Shown piece after piece: positions 37,201 through 51,609 of a stretch of 64,000 bases of DNA. A program made the position numbers and the translations under genes. The stretch spans positions 124,042-188,041 of the forward strand of contig NW_003314394.1 of NCBI RefSeq assembly GCF_000143415.4. Direction: 5' to 3'. The notes beneath the pieces are model-generated. The model searched no databases. It was not told where the DNA came from and was given only the letters and a program-made list of their open reading frames with translations. Origin of the DNA: Selaginella moellendorffii. Its lineage: Eukaryota > Plantae > Lycopodiophyta. Numbering within the stretch: position 1 is the first letter of the stretch; each line of letters opens with the position of its first letter.

Positions 37201-40200
37201 TTGAAGAAGTGTCTCCTGCAAGGAATGGCATGAGACCACACACCATTGCAAATATAATTTGTACCTCCTTTTTTCCTATTGCTTGTCTGTTTGTCCTTCT
37301 TCGACGCGCCACCAGTGTGCTTTTCAGTCCTCGTGTCTGAATATTCATAACAATCTATAATCAAAATGACGTGAGGCCTCACGTGACCTTACCTTGTGCA
37401 GGTTGTGAGCTCGGCCCAACATGGGTATCTTCAACAGTAGCTGTTAACGCCGTTTCAGCATCTGGGGGTGGCCACGCTCCTGCATACAGAGCTTGTGAGA
37501 TAACATTTAAACTTAAAGTGCGTACTCATTAGGTTCGCAGAGAAGATACTGTTTTTCTTTGGCAACTGTAATTATATGCTCCATTGAAGTCACCTCTTCA
37601 ATGGAGTTTGTCACCGCAACACACGGGACACCCTTGAGTAGTGCAGCTCGAAAGAATAGTCTGCCGCAGTTGTACTCAACAACGCATTTGCCCTTGGAGT
37701 CGGAAGCAGGTGACCCACCCGCTATTGCGTTGAAGACCCAGCTGAGCATTTCCCATGCTGCACCTGGAGCTTTCTTTGGATTCGAAAGCTCCATAGCCGT
37801 CTTCAGTTCCTCAGGCACGGGTAAATTGACCTCCCTTAGATCAATTCGATCGGGCTTATCGAACGAAGCTGGGAAGTCACTCCAGTCCCACTCTGCTGCA
37901 GGACCAATAACAAGGGCGAGTGTGAAGATGCAGACATTCGTCGGTATCTTCTTCTTAGCCATTATCCCATGGATCTCCCGCATCTCCTTGCCTTTCAACC
38001 AAGCCTTCACCTCGTTCAAGGCCTTCCAGAACTTGTGATAGGATTCGGAGTCGTAGATCATATAGTGGACTGAAGATTCCACCTCCGCAAGTCCCACCAT
38101 TAAGTCAATGATGGAGCTGACTTCGTCTGCATGAGTGATCTCCTCGTTTGTGAAGTCCATCACACAAAAGATGTTCTTGACCTGCTCATCTCCGCGGGAA
38201 ATGATGCTCCTCCACCTTTGATCCTCATCCGAATTCAAGTATACCCGGTAAGGTTCTCGATAGGCCTCTGCTGCGGGGTCGAGCTGTTTCTGAAGCCGGC
38301 GGTCGACATCACTCTTAATGAAATTTGGATACTGATCCAACTTCTCAGCTTTACTTTTCGTGGCATCCCGCAACAGATCGATGAACTTGGGGGCCCCCTT
38401 CACGTACTCGTCGATGTCTTCATTTGACAAATCTAGCGCTTCCATCATCTCTTGCGTGGTGTCGATGCTCACCCTCTCCACGGCCACTTGCTCGAAGATC
38501 CAATCCTTCAATAGCGCACGAGCTCTCAGAGTCGTGCACAAGTCCTTGTATGTCACAATATGGCCGGGAGTCATTTTGGTCTTGTTGAAGACTACCTCAC
38601 CACGTAGAAGAGCATTAGCCACTGTCAGAAGGTCATTGTCGTCTAGAGACCGCAAGAAACGCAAGGCGTTGAGCTTCAAATCATTGGGCTTCCGGCCGTC
38701 CTCCACACCCATTGAGTTTAGTAACTCCCCGTCATGGTACCTCCTTAGCACATCTACCCATTTGTCAAAAACAACTTTTGTCGCGAGTAGAATGTTATGG
38801 ATGCTGAGTGTGTCATTGACCCCTAGTGTTTTCAAGAGAAGACTCGAGAATTCTTGCAATGGAAATGGCGTGAGGCCACATGCTATGCCACATGCAACGA
38901 GGCTTACCTGCCAGGCGCTAGTTGCTAGTGCACGTCCTTGTCCTGGTTTTTGTGGCTTCTTTAGTTGAACCCAGAGCTTCCGTGTTCGTGCCAATGTCTC
39001 GTGTAGACCCGATTTGTAGCACGTTTCTTGCTTGACATTCTGCGCGTGGGAGATGTATATGATAGATCGGAGGGGTGAGTTGCCTTTTATCAGGCGGACA
39101 ACTCTTGTCTTGAAGACTTTCTTCACCTCCTCGCCCACCATAATATCCACAACTATCTCTTGCATCGCCAAGCTAGAATGCTGCTCAGAGACGGCATAGA
39201 ACCGGATGTTCTGATCGTCCAACACCTTCCTATTGATCAAGTCTGGAAACCTCGTCTCGCCCTTCATTGTTCGGTAGTAGGGGATCACGTCTGCAATGTC
39301 GGGTGTTACTGGACTTGCCAGCATCTTCTGCTTCAGTTTCTCCACCCACTCATCAGATACTAGCCTGTGGTTGTATTTGCTTTGGATGTTGATACGGCTC
39401 ACATCGATTGTATATACTTTGTTGGAATAGTAACAAGTACTATTATCTGCGACGATTTTTGCTGCCTCTTCTTGCTCTTTCTGCTCTTTGCGGCTCTTCT
39501 TTTTGGTGGGTGTAGTGTTTGAACCTGAGGCAATGGCATCACCGAGTAGCTTCTTTTTTGGAGGAGAGTCGGACGTCGGCTTGAGCTTGACCACCCTTTT
39601 CTACTTTGGGGTATTTTCCAGATCGACCCCCTTCCCCTTCGCTTCGCGAACTGGAGGCACTCTCAACGGCTCAATGTTGGAATATAGTTTTTGAACATCG
39701 CCGTAGGTGAGGTCCGTGGATTCCATGTGATCTTCATAGACCCGCAGCGTCTTTGAAATTGTGGGCCTCCTGGACAACCTCTCCCTAGCTCCCTCTAGGA
39801 ATTCCTCATAGCCGCTGCCCCCCTCCGGGAAGCCGCTAGGATGTGCAAGGTGGATCTTGAAGGCAGATGCTGTCTCTACCACAAGTGCCAGTCCATATTC
39901 TTGCATGGAACTGCATGGAGTGTCTGTCACTTGGATGAGGATCCCCATGCATTCTTTTCTCCCACCATCTGTGTTGTACAGCCTCAGATCCTCGCCTTCC
40001 ATCCCGAAAGTCCAACTGGTGAGCTCCTCCCCCTTCTCTGCATCCACATTGACAGTGGCTGGAAGAAGAACGCAATTCCTCGCCTGTTAAGAAATGCTCA
40101 ACAATTAGAGCTGACAGATGAAAAGCTAGCAGCTGAAAATAACGTGAGGCCACACGCCATTCACCACTGCATCAGATGTCTTGAGGCTGCATCCTAAGAT

Positions 40201-42696
40201 GGCGTGAGGCTACACGCCATCTGTAACCGGACTGCACTCGAGAGCCCAATCAGTGCATGCCAATGTTGCTACTGAATGGCATATGGCCTCATGCCATTTT
40301 CTACTTGGCCTAAAAGACTTACCATTTGAAGCCGAATGGAGGCGTGACAACCGGACTCGCTGGCGAATGTGCACTGTGTGTGCAGCGGATCTTAGCAGCA
40401 AGGCTACTTTGCCACTTACAGTTGGAGAGTGGCGCTGAAATCTCCCAGGACGCCAAGTGGGCTGCGTGTGGGTGGCGGAGTGGGCGGCGGAGTTGGTGGC
40501 GAAGTTACAAACTGGGTGTGTCTTGAAATGGACGCCGATGCACACGAGTGCGATGCGAGCGCGAGTGGGATGCAAGCGCGAGTGGACGCCAATGCACACG
40601 AGAAACCTGTAGAGAAGGTAGATGAGCGCGAATGTGAGCGTGATCGCGAGTGAGAGTGCAATGCGAGCGCAAGTGTGCGAGCGCGAGTACGAAGCAAAAT
40701 GCAAAACCTAACCTCACACGCGCGAAATGTCACGACGGTTGGTAATCCTGCCACGTCATCATTCCTCGGACTTGGGCACCACCATTAATTTCTGGATCGC
40801 CGTGCGCATGCATGCACGTGAAATCCAAAAGAAATCCGCAACGTCATCATTCCTCGGACTGCATGCACGCGAAATCCAAAAGAAAGATCATGATTGGGAT
40901 ATCATTTAATACCCTCGCTATATTTATACCATGCATGATTGGATATTCCAAAGCATCTTGTATTTCCAAAAATGCCAGATGTTCAGCTAAATAAATTGTC
41001 AGAGGATTTGATGTGACGTTCGAGCGTGTGGGCTCATGCAATTTTGATCCCAGAAAATGCACCAAAAAATGCTCGGCGTCATTTGGCGTTATCTCTTGAA
41101 TGGCGTGGGGCCGCATGCCATTTTCAGGGGCACATAGTAGTATATTCCTAGAATATTCTGACACGCGCGAGATTGTTTTGAGTTTTCTGGAGATCCAACC
41201 GTTAGATCGCAACTAGATTTTACAGAATGGTATACAATGTCCTTCTTGATGACCCTGCAAAGAAGCATCTCGATCGGACACCATATGAGACCACACGAGC
41301 CTTACAATGTTTCAGGGGCATTTGCCATAGATCCGACCGTTATTTTGCTCCAAGATTCTACAGTTTGGTGTGCATTGACCTTTTCATCGACACTGCAAAG
41401 GGACATCACAATCAGATGTAGGATCACAAGAAACCAACTTCACTAACTCTGGTTTCACCAAGATCTACGTAAGGAGTTATGAAATGAAAGGACCCTCTCT
41501 ATTGAAATGTGTTTATGGTCCTGACATATCAAAGGATTTTGCATCAAGTTCTGTATTTGCATGTTTATCAAGCTACTGAATTGCTAAACCCTAAACCCTA
41601 AACCCTAAACATGTGGCAAATGCTGCGTGAAGAAAGATGCCCTTTCTGGGCAAATGCTGTAAGAGGCAGATGCCGAGCAGATGTATCTCAGGCTAGCGAA
41701 GGGGACAAACGAAAGTTAGCTATAAACATGACGGGATGCAAATAGATTACTAGGCTGGTCTTGCAAAAATCAAAAACCATAATTGAAAATATTGAAAATG
41801 CAAAAAGAAAGGTTTATAATATTTTTGAATTTTAAGCAACCAAATGAATGTAAGTAGTGCATGTGTTTGTAAGTTTAAAAATGCCTCAACCACTTAAATT
41901 CCCAAGTAAATAAAGCTATTTCTATTTTTGGTACAGGTAAACTTTATAGCGTGTGGGCTCATGCAATTTTGAACCCAAAAATGCACCAAAAAATGCTCGA
42001 CTAGCATTATTCTTTGAATGGCGTGTGGCCTTATATTGCCATAAATGGACATACACACACAGCATAATTATTCCTTTACACAGCGAATAATCTTGGCGCG
42101 GATCGCTGACACGGCATGGCAAAGTTCGAATCACTGACATGGCACAGCTGGATCGAGGCAAGGACATGATGTGACAAAGTTCAACCTCCGACAGCAAAGT
42201 CTAGAAGCTACTCAGTTTGAAATTTGTCAGAGGAATCATAAGATCTGGTTTGTCAGAGGATTTGATGTGACGTTTAAGCGTGTGTTATTTTTGAATTCTC
42301 GAACTCATTCCTAGGTCTATCATTTTTGTGTGCCGTGTTCTTGGTTCTGCTGAGCGCAGTGAGCGCTACTTGTGTAAGCGGTGTTGTGAGCTGTGGTTTA
42401 TGCGTCTACAAGCGGTTGCGGCATTGCGAGCGCCATTGCGAGCGGCAGTTTATGCGAGTGGCAGTTTGTGCGAGTGGCGCTACGAGCAGTTGCGGTGTTG
42501 CGAGTGGCGCTACGAGTAGTTGCGGTGTTGCGAGCGGCACTGTCTTTGGTGTGGCTACCACTTCCTCTTGATATTCGGCACTTGTGCTTCCTGGTATGTT
42601 CACCATGGAATGGCTTAGGACCACATTTAGAAATGGCATGAGGCCACATGCCATCTTGGGCCCTTGCAATTTCATGGCTAGCGTATTGTCATGTAT
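34264..42696 (+). mobile_element. Sola-like element copy 2, inverted relative to copy 1, truncated and lacking the transposase
   Basis: TIR acgctctatttcgttaaagtg at 34264-34284. Colinear reverse complement of 11824-20226; homology stops at 42696. Confidence 0.9.
34706..40325 (-). pseudogene. Cargo gene copy 2 (ParB-like / MTase-like / FCP1-like) with an intact 3' end
   Basis: Same exon structure as copy 1, with different lesions: TAG at 39601-39603 and loss of the GT donor near 37530. HAD motif IVFDLNGVL. Confidence 0.75.
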
Positions 42697-42859
42697 AAGA
42701 AAACTCGTATAAGAAACCTCATGAACATATGAACTCGCCCAGCCATGGCCTCCACGCCGCGATCGCCTCCAGATCGCTGGCAAGCTGGAACCCATAGTCG
42801 CCCTATAATATCCCCATTTTAGGGTGCATGTAAACCACAATTCTAAGTATTTACGAACT

Positions 42860-44045
42860 TCAACTTGGCATTCTTACTATAACGGTATTATTCAAGTGTA
42901 GTTATTAAATATTTCTAAGAAAAAGGTTTTGTAAACATGAGGTTTCTTATACGAGTCAGTTAACAATATGAAAGAACTCAAGTTGCTTAAGTGTAAACAA
43001 CATTCTACCGATGTCTCAAACCCAAGAAACCAATCTAGAGCAAACCACAAAGAATATGCAGTATTGCGGAAAGCCAAAATCTATCAAAAAGAACAACTAA
43101 CTATCATAAAAGATTGTTAATCATTCTATCAATAAAAAGATACATAATCATCATTGAAGAAAGAATCCACCATCCCGAAGAAGGGCAAATCATTTTATAT
43201 CAACAATAATCAACCAAAACCTTTAACAAAGATAATTAACTATCCTAGATGACAGTTAATCATCACAAATGATTACTAGATGCAAATACTAACTTAACAT
43301 CAAAACTAATGAGCCAAAAATGCCTTCTCCAACAACTTCTAATAAATAGAATAATAAGCATAAAAACTCAAAAATTCAAAAGCTCGAAGAAGCATATAGC
43401 TAAGTCTTGCCTAACAATGATTACGAGTTCACATAAACTAATATTAAGGCTAAAGAAGAAATCATGGTACAACCTATAATTTCTCCTTAGCACATCTAGA
43501 AACCAAACTTCATAATGCAAAAGCTAATGAAGAGCATGAATACAGTAATCTTAAAGTTAAGCATAACAAAGTTATGCTCAACAAATGATCACCAAACAAT
43601 CCTCCATAAATCCATCTCACTCTTCAAGAACATGATTTCGTGTTTGGACGAGTTTTAAATTACAAGCACGTAGACGACTATATCAAGACACTTTATAACA
43701 AGTATAAGAGAAATCATTAATGATCAATATATCCCATCTCAAATCTAATAAAGATTCAAACATTTTAATAACTTCTCCTATTGTGAAGTTAGTATAGTCC
43801 ACAACTAAATCACCTTTTAAGGAAAAGCCAAAGCTCAACCTTTACTAAACAATCTCATTTAAAACATAACTAACTCAACTTGCCATTTAATTCATTTAAA
43901 CACCAATATAGTTGCTAACTAGCAAATACATGAATGCTAATAACTCAAAGCTATAGCCAAATCATCAACATTATCTACATCAAAACTAATGAAACTCAAT
44001 ATCAATCCTTAGAGATACATCTCATTTCACTCGAATCTCAACATT
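42860..44045 (-). mobile_element. Decayed fragment of the non-autonomous LTR element's internal region
   Basis: Reverse-complement similarity to about 25130-26350, e.g. gctaaagaagaaatcatggta and aactaatgaaactcaatatcaatcc. Confidence 0.75.
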
Positions 44046-44929
44046 GTAAGCAACTAAATTTTCCATTCTACTTTAGTCACTTAACCACACCTTTAACCAC
44101 CTGGAGAAGTCTCACTCATGACCTTTATAAATCTTATGCCCAACTTGAGGACATACTAGCCCTAAAAATGGCATTTATGCCACTCAACCTTTACACTTGA
44201 TTTAAGTGTTCTATATCTCCAATCCCATGATCGACACTCAAAGGTACCACCGACATAAGCCAAGGCTATGCCCATTCACTTTTATCAAACTTGTGGTCCA
44301 AGTTCACCTACATTGTAGTCCTGTCTCTCAATGATTGGGCCATCTGTTCATGAGTGGTCATCTTATGACCACACTTTTGCATTTTTCGGATGCTTGAAGA
44401 TATAGGGAATATGTTTCCCCAATGTCCCTTCTTTAGTTCTCATCAAGCCCCCATCCATGACTATACTTGCCAACACTGCCATTGGGTCAAAGCCCAAAGG
44501 CCCAACCACTATGGCCCATTGACTTCTAGGACTTCTTTGTCTCATGACTGCATCCTTGGTCATTACACAAGAGGACTCTTCCTCTTCCTTTCCTCAATTT
44601 GGGACTTTAGGACAACATTTCGAAACACTATGGCCCTACACGAGCCTTGTGGGTACTCCCCCACCTTCCACCTTTGGGTGCCATAGTTAAATGGCTAAAG
44701 CAAGGTTCTAATGAGCCACACCAAGTATCCAAGTAGGTAGTGCCACCCACACTTGGATTGGGAGTATCGATCATTCGATTTCCCATGGGAGCTAAAGCTG
44801 GCTCATGAATACTTTACCAAGCTACCCCACTTTTCTATCCATGTTTACTCTAGCCTTGGACTCCTCAGTAGTTATATCATCACCCAAACTTTTAGAGCTC
44901 ACTAAACCCCTTAGGGTCTGGGAGACAAA

Positions 44930-45186
44930 TGCTTGGGGCTTTCACCCTTGGACTCAGACTTGGACTCGGACTTGGTCTCAGGCTCGGTCTCGGTCTCAGT
45001 CTCAGTCTCGGTCTTGTTTTCGGTCTCGAACTCCATCTTGGGTCCATCTCAAACTTGACCTCAGACTCTATCTCAGGTCCATCTCGGACTCGAATTTAAA
45101 CTCCATCTCAAACTCAACCTCAAACTCCAATATCAGACTCCATCTCGAACTTCTTCTCGAACTCTTTTTCAAAGGCATTCCTGACA
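44930..45186 (-). repeat. LTR fragment with 6/12-bp periodic repeat (ctcggact/ctcagact)
   Basis: gggctttcaccc followed by the same periodic array as 48320-48580. Confidence 0.55.
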
Positions 45187-45365
45187 CTTGTCATATATCA
45201 ATCCTTCTTGTGTCCCTTTTTAGAGACTCATTCACTAATTGTTTCGTGTTCATCCCTCGAGCACTTCATTCGAAGTTCCACTCCGGGATTCGCCTTTAGC
45301 ACTGCAGATTGGAAGCTGCCTGCCGTCTACCGCCACTCTTGTGATTACTTTTTTTTTTTCTTTTT

Positions 45366-45586
45366 NNNNNNNNNNNNNNNNNNNNNNNNNNNNNNNNNNN
45401 NNNNNNNNNNNNNNNNNNNNNNNNNNNNNNNNNNNNNNNNNNNNNNNNNNNNNNNNNNNNNNNNNNNNNNNNNNNNNNNNNNNNNNNNNNNNNNNNNNNN
45501 NNNNNNNNNNNNNNNNNNNNNNNNNNNNNNNNNNNNNNNNNNNNNNNNNNNNNNNNNNNNNNNNNNNNNNNNNNNNNNNNNNNNNN
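45366..45586. other. N run
   Basis: Run of N. Confidence 0.98.
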
Positions 45587-47879
45587 GTCAATGGTTTGAC
45601 ACTGAAGGCTCACCAGGCCTTGCCCATTCTCCCAAGGAGTATAGTCTTTCCAACTTAGAGATTCATTAGATCAGGCCACCGAAAGCGGGGACACTCTCCC
45701 TTTATTTGGTTTAGTTCTCCCTAAACCTGTTAGAGAGACTTTCTCTATCTCGATCTGATTACTCATTCCCAAGTAGTCTCAGTTTCTATCAACATAACCA
45801 TCACATTTTGGAACTTTAATTTTGACTTCTCAAAGTTAATTTCCTAAGTGTTTCCAACACCTTGTATTGCATATGTCATGCAAATTCCACTTATCCATAA
45901 TTTGTGCTAGGGTTGTCCATGGCCCTATCATTTAGCTTCCTTACCGCTCCCTCCCTTGGAGCTTTCACCTTTGCCAAATTGAAGTATTTAAAAATTCATT
46001 TTTGGAAACAGAATTCCTTTCCCACAATAAGTTAGCATCTAACACATAAGTGTTCCTTGCATAACTTTACCATTAAGATTCTTTCTATTGATTTCCATGG
46101 CTCAATCTTGGCCATTAGTCTTTTGCTCCTATCCTTTAATTATTGCACCAAGTTATATAGGATTATTACCTCTATCTTTGAGGTATTTTTTTTGTTTAAT
46201 AGCAAATGCTTTGCTTTACTAAGTCTAGAAAGTATTCACCCCTAGTAAGTCTTTTTAGCATTTTTTGCTATGGGCTTTATCCATGGCCCAACTTTATAAC
46301 CCTCCCATAGGTCTTTCCTAGATTCTACTTTCTTGAACTCACTATGTCATCACATTGATGCAATTCTATTTCCCTTAAGTGTTTTTCCCACTTGGTCACC
46401 TTGACCAAGTCACACCATTATTAATAGTTCAAATCAACGCTTTGAACTAAGAATCTTATTCCTTAACTAAACAAGGACATTGTCCACAAAATCACTTAGT
46501 AATCTCACCTTGACACCTTAATAAGTCTGCCAATAAATACCCGGTCTTCTAAAACTTTAAATTGTTAACTATGACCTTAGGGGCATCTTCCACACTTGGC
46601 AGTGCACCTAAAGTAGCCCTTCCGAGATTGGATGTTCCCATCTCATCTACCATGTCTTTGGTGCCACTTGCACCAAAGTGTTTAAGTTAGATATGCGAAA
46701 CTTTCACACTAAGCAATCTAACCATGCACCATGACTCCGGAACATCCCCCGTTTGGCAGTGTGCTCAAGCTAGTCTCTTTACTGAGAGTCCATGACCACT
46801 GAAAAATGAATGTCCTCATATTCCAAATTGTCACCATGCCTTAATGAGTTGGGATTCAAACCCAAGCACTAGAGAGTTAGGACTCGAACCCAACCTCCGT
46901 ATATGCATCTATGGGCAATATCACCTATAATGCCTGGCGTGACTCCCCACGCTAGTGCACTAACTTATACCCAAAGCACGCTACGAATCACAACTTAGGA
47001 ACCTAATTCCTTTAAACTACCCAATCCTCTCACTTGATAAGTTTGTGATCATGCATGGATTCCTCTATATTTGGCCCCATTAGCCACCCTTTTGAAGTCA
47101 ACTTTGTTCCCCTGACTTGCCAATCTCGCTTAACAAGTCATCTGACCTGTATAACATAGTTTCATGCATAAGCATGAAAGTCCTTAACCATTGACTTTCA
47201 TTCAAAGCCATCTCTTTAAATACTCGAAAACTACTTCCTCAACCTTGATAAACTTGCTTCATGGCAATCTTCAAGACCACACTTCTGCTGCTCCATATTG
47301 ATTTTGCACATTCTATAAACTATTTACACTTGTCTTTTTAAATACTAACCTATTTAGAATTGTCTTTGGAAACCTTAAAGGAACTCTGTCCTTTAGCTTG
47401 CTAAAGCCTCTCCTTTCGCAAGATTTCTAATTGGCATATGGTCTAATATAGACAATTCTATACTTTAGACTTTCCATGGCATCTCGGTTTGTAGTAACAA
47501 AACCTTTGAGCACCCATGTGATTCTACACTCTCAACCTTTTGTAAGCCACAGATTTTTCCTTTCTAATTTGCCAGCTTACTTTTTCTATCCGACCAACAC
47601 CGCCTTGGCATTTGCTAAGTTCCCTCGCCAAGGTTCCCGCCTATTGTATCAGCTCCTACTTGGTCTTACTTGGTTTCAGCTACTCATTGCATGAGCAACG
47701 GAGCATTAGCCATCCATCCACGGATTCCCAAATCTCTCTCAATCCCCCTCCCCGAGTTAGACTGGACTCAAGGTTTAGCTACACTCCCCACAGGCACAAG
47801 CAGCCAAACACACCAACCCTCTAAGTTCCTAACATCCCTTGGTACAACAAGGCTTGATCATGGGACACTTTAAATCCCA

Positions 47880-48677
47880 AGCCTTGGGTGCAACATTTGC
47901 TTCGGGATGCTAGGGGGAAACACCGTGACCTAACAGCACGGTATGAGTACCTCTACCCCCCCACTTCCATCCCAAAGGGAAGGCCCAAGCCCCTAAGAAG
48001 GGTGAGGACCAATGAGCCGTAAGGTACTCAAGTGGGGCACCACTCCACATAAGCCGGGAGCATTGCAGTTGGTTTCCTTTTCGAGAGTGGGAGCTGCTCT
48101 CGAGCACTTCCTTGGGTGGCCCCTCTAGCACCACCCGAGTCCATGCTCACTCCCACCCAAGGCCCCTCGGCCCTAGTCTCAACCTCAAGTCAGTTTGAAA
48201 GCACCACTGGAGAGTTCCTTCAAGACTGATTCCTAGACCTCACTATCCCTACTATACTTTTAGATCAGCCCCCCCCTAGGAAACACACACTTTGGGCTTT
48301 CACCCCTCAACCTGTATTAGTACTCAGACTCGGTCTCAAACTCGATCTCGAACTTGATCTTGGACCCAACCTCAGACTCAGTCTCGAACTCGATCTCAGA
48401 CTCGACCTTGGACCCGATCTCAGACTCGACCTCGGACTCAACTTCCGACCCAACTCAGATCTCGAACTCCATCTCAAACTCGGTCTCAAACTCGGTTTCG
48501 GAGTCGGCCTCAGACTCGATCTCGGACTCTATCTCGAACTCGGTCTTAGAGTCGGTCTTGGACTCGATCTTAGACTCGGTCCCATCTGATGAACTCTTTA
48601 TCATTTCGTTCGTGCTTTTGGGGATCTTTTTAGTCTACGACACCTTGGGGAGTTGGTTCTTTACAACTCCACCACCC
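47880..48677 (-). repeat. PPT and 3' LTR of the chromovirus, including a 12-bp tandem array at 48320-48580
   Basis: Minus strand reads gggtggtggagt then TGTAA starting at 48665. The distal LTR end is uncertain. Confidence 0.6.
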
Positions 48678-49122
48678 ATAGAAAAAGTTCGATGCCCACA
48701 TCGAACATCTCTTTTTTAATCCTACGACTTGTTGACCATGTCTCTAGGGGCATCCCCCCACTTAGCAGTGTGCATAAGTTAGCCTCCCCAGCCAAGAGCC
48801 CATGACAACGGAATATAGGTGTCCCTATACCCTTCACCTCACCACACCCTAGTATGGACTTGAACTTAGCCTTGCTTTACTAAGGGGTTGGGACTCAAAC
48901 CCAACCTCTGTAAAATACGTCTACAGATTTGACATCCCCGCAGGGAGTCGGGCGTAGATCCCTACGCCTGGTCAACCTAGCTAACCCATGCTAATTAGCT
49001 TACCTTCAGCCAGCCTTCGGGTCCCAATATATGCCATTGCTCAACTTCACCAATTGATACTTTTAATTGAACTTTGCATAAATACATAAAGTTCTGCCTT
49101 GCAAAAATTCCTCCACTAGATC

Positions 49123-51476
49123 TCATGCATTCGCTAGGTTCTCCTCTAGTTCCCATGTTGCTTCGCAGTGTGAAAATCCTTTCCACTTCATATGGAACTC
49201 CCTCACCTTGTGTCCTTGCCACTTGCTCTTGCGCGCATTAAGGATGGCCTCAACTTCATATTCCTCTTCCTCTTGAATAACCTCAGGTAGAAGTCTCATT
49301 TGCTCCTTGTGAAGTGGATCCTCAAAGTATGGCTTGAGCAAGTTCACATGGAATACTGGGTGCATCTTTCCCATCTCTCGAGGAAGTTAGAGGTGGTAAG
49401 CCACTTTACCGATTCGTGCTTCAATCTCATAAAGCCCCGCAAACCTTTGAGTCAACTTCCAATTGATCCCACTTGGTAGCCTTAGGTTCTTGGTGTTCAG
49501 CCACACCTTCTCCCGAGGTTAGAACTCTATGTCCCGACGCTTTTGGTTCGCATACTTGGTTTGCCTTTGTTGAGCTTGTTCCAAGGAATCCCTTACTAGA
49601 TTCCAAATGTTGAGTCTTTCCATCATGAATGCCTCCACTGCGGGTAACTTTCCATGATACTCTGCCACGCTAAGTTCCACAGGACCTTCAATAGCTCGCC
49701 CATTGATGACTTCCCATGGACTCACCCCGATACTCGAGTGTGGTGAGTTGTTATAGCATATTTCCGCAAGTCCCAAATGACTTACCCAATCAGTCTGATC
49801 TCCCGAGACATAGCATTGCAAATAATCCTCCAGCTGCCTATTCACCCTTTCTGTTTGTCCGTCTGTCAAGAAGTGTTAGTACCATTAAACTTGACTTAAT
49901 ACCTAACACTTGTCTGTGGGTAATAGGTTGTGTTGAATTTCAACTTGGTGCGATACTGTTCTAGGAGAGTTCTCTAGAACCTACTAGTGAAGATCTTATC
50001 TCGATCTGAGATAATCTCTTCTGGCCTTCCCTGCACTCGAACCACTTGTTCGAAGAACAGCTTCACCACATTTTCCGCATCTACTTTCATTGTGGTGGGT
50101 ATAAAATGTGCCATCTTCGAAAATCGGTCCACCACCATGAATATCGCATCAAATCCCTTACTTGGGGGGAGTCCTATGATGAAATCCATCATAAGACATT
50201 TCCACGGATGATCTAGAATTGGGATGGTTTGTAACAAGCCCCCACTAGCCTTAGTCATGGCTTTGACCTACTGACATATTGGACATGTCTTTACATAGTC
50301 TTGGACATCCTTAACCATATCTAGCCAATGATACTTCCTCTTGAGTAAACTCATCATCTTGGGCACTCCACTATGCCCTGCAAGAGGTCCGTCATGACAC
50401 TCTTTTAAGGCTACCTTCCTTAGTTCCTCTTTTGAAACATACACTCTTGTTTGTTTATAATAGATGAGTCTATTGCGTTATGTATAACCTGTTTTCTCTT
50501 CCGTTGGCAACTCACTTCTTTGGTGAGCTTCTCGTGCCTCTTGGTTCCTCAACAACACTTCTTGTGCTAGACCATTGTTCTCATACACTGTCCACACATC
50601 GTCCCAAAAGGTTGTTGTCGCACTAAATATCGCCAACTTCAAGCTTGCTTTTCGACTACTTCTTGACCACCGCAAATAATTCCTTCTCGTGGGCAAGCCA
50701 CTTTTGCTAAGCCTTGTCTAACTTCTTCGAGAAGAACGCCACTGGATGGTTGTCTTGCTTCAAAACTATGCCTAACACAAAGTCTGAAGCATCCGTTTCT
50801 ACCTCAAAGTCCTTACCAAAGTCGAGTAAGGCCAACACAGGGTCTTCCTCAACTTCCCTTTGAGGTGGACAAATGCCGCCTCACATTCCGCTGTTCATAC
50901 CATCTTTCCTTTACCCGTTTGGTCTGTTAAGGGTAGGGCTACTTTCAAATAGTGTTTAATAAACTATCGGTAGTAGTTGCATAGCCCTAAGAATGCCCTC
51001 AACTCATGTACATTCGATGGTCGCTCCCTAGATCGCTTGGACCTTTTTAGGGTCCATCTTGAGCCCGTCCTTGCCCACCACATGCTCGAGAAACTTTACC
51101 TCTTGTTGAACAAAGTAACATTTTCTCTCTTTAGCATACAACTTATGTTCCCTTAGTTTCTCAAACACCTTCGTCAAGTGTTTGGCATGCTCCTCTAGCA
51201 TCTCACTATAGATCAAGATGTTGTCAATATAAACGATCACAAAGTGATCCAGATAGTGTACAAAGATGTGGTTCATCAACGCTGAAAACGTTGCTAGCGC
51301 ATTGCATAGCCCAAAGGGCATCACCAGAAACTCAAAGCTCCCATACCTTATCCAATAGGTTGTCTTCTCGACATCTTCCTCTGCTACCCTGATCTAGTAG
51401 TATCTTGACCTTAGGTCAATCCTCGAGAAGTATTTTGCTTTGCCTAACCTATCGAACAAGTCCTCAATCCTGGGAG
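49123..51476 (-). pseudogene. Chromovirus (Ty3/Gypsy) pol remnant: RT, RNase H, integrase, chromodomain
   Basis: LPRIEDLFDRL, MPFGLCNA, VYIDNILIYS, ETDASDF, MDFIIGLP, IISDRD, TDGQTERVN, MHPVFHVNLLKPY, and chromodomain EYEVEAIL...KWKGF...ATWE.EENL. Confidence 0.92.
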
Positions 51477-51484
51477 CTTACATT

Positions 51485-51495
51485 TGGTATCAGAG
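51485..51495 (+). other. tRNA-iMet PBS preceded by a few bases of an LTR end (cttaCA)
   Basis: cttacatt TGGTATCAGAG at the point where the chromovirus RT is truncated. Confidence 0.6.
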
Positions 51496-51609
51496 GGGGT
51501 CTCGGGTCCGACCCTGTTGATTGGCTAGGGGAATCACACCACATGTTGATTGACATCTAGCTGATTCAGTTTGCTCCCGCTGGGCTTGACCTGAGGGGTA
51601 GGGTGTCAA

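Noticed and set aside
46846-46895. tRNA gene or SINE suggested by B-box/T-arm-like GGTTCGAGTCC hairpins on the minus strand (also ~48890)
   Set aside because: No A box or cloverleaf found; it appears to be part of the chromovirus 3' non-coding region.
48586-48620. Hammerhead ribozyme core (CTGATGA)
   Set aside because: No downstream GAAA or flanking helices found.
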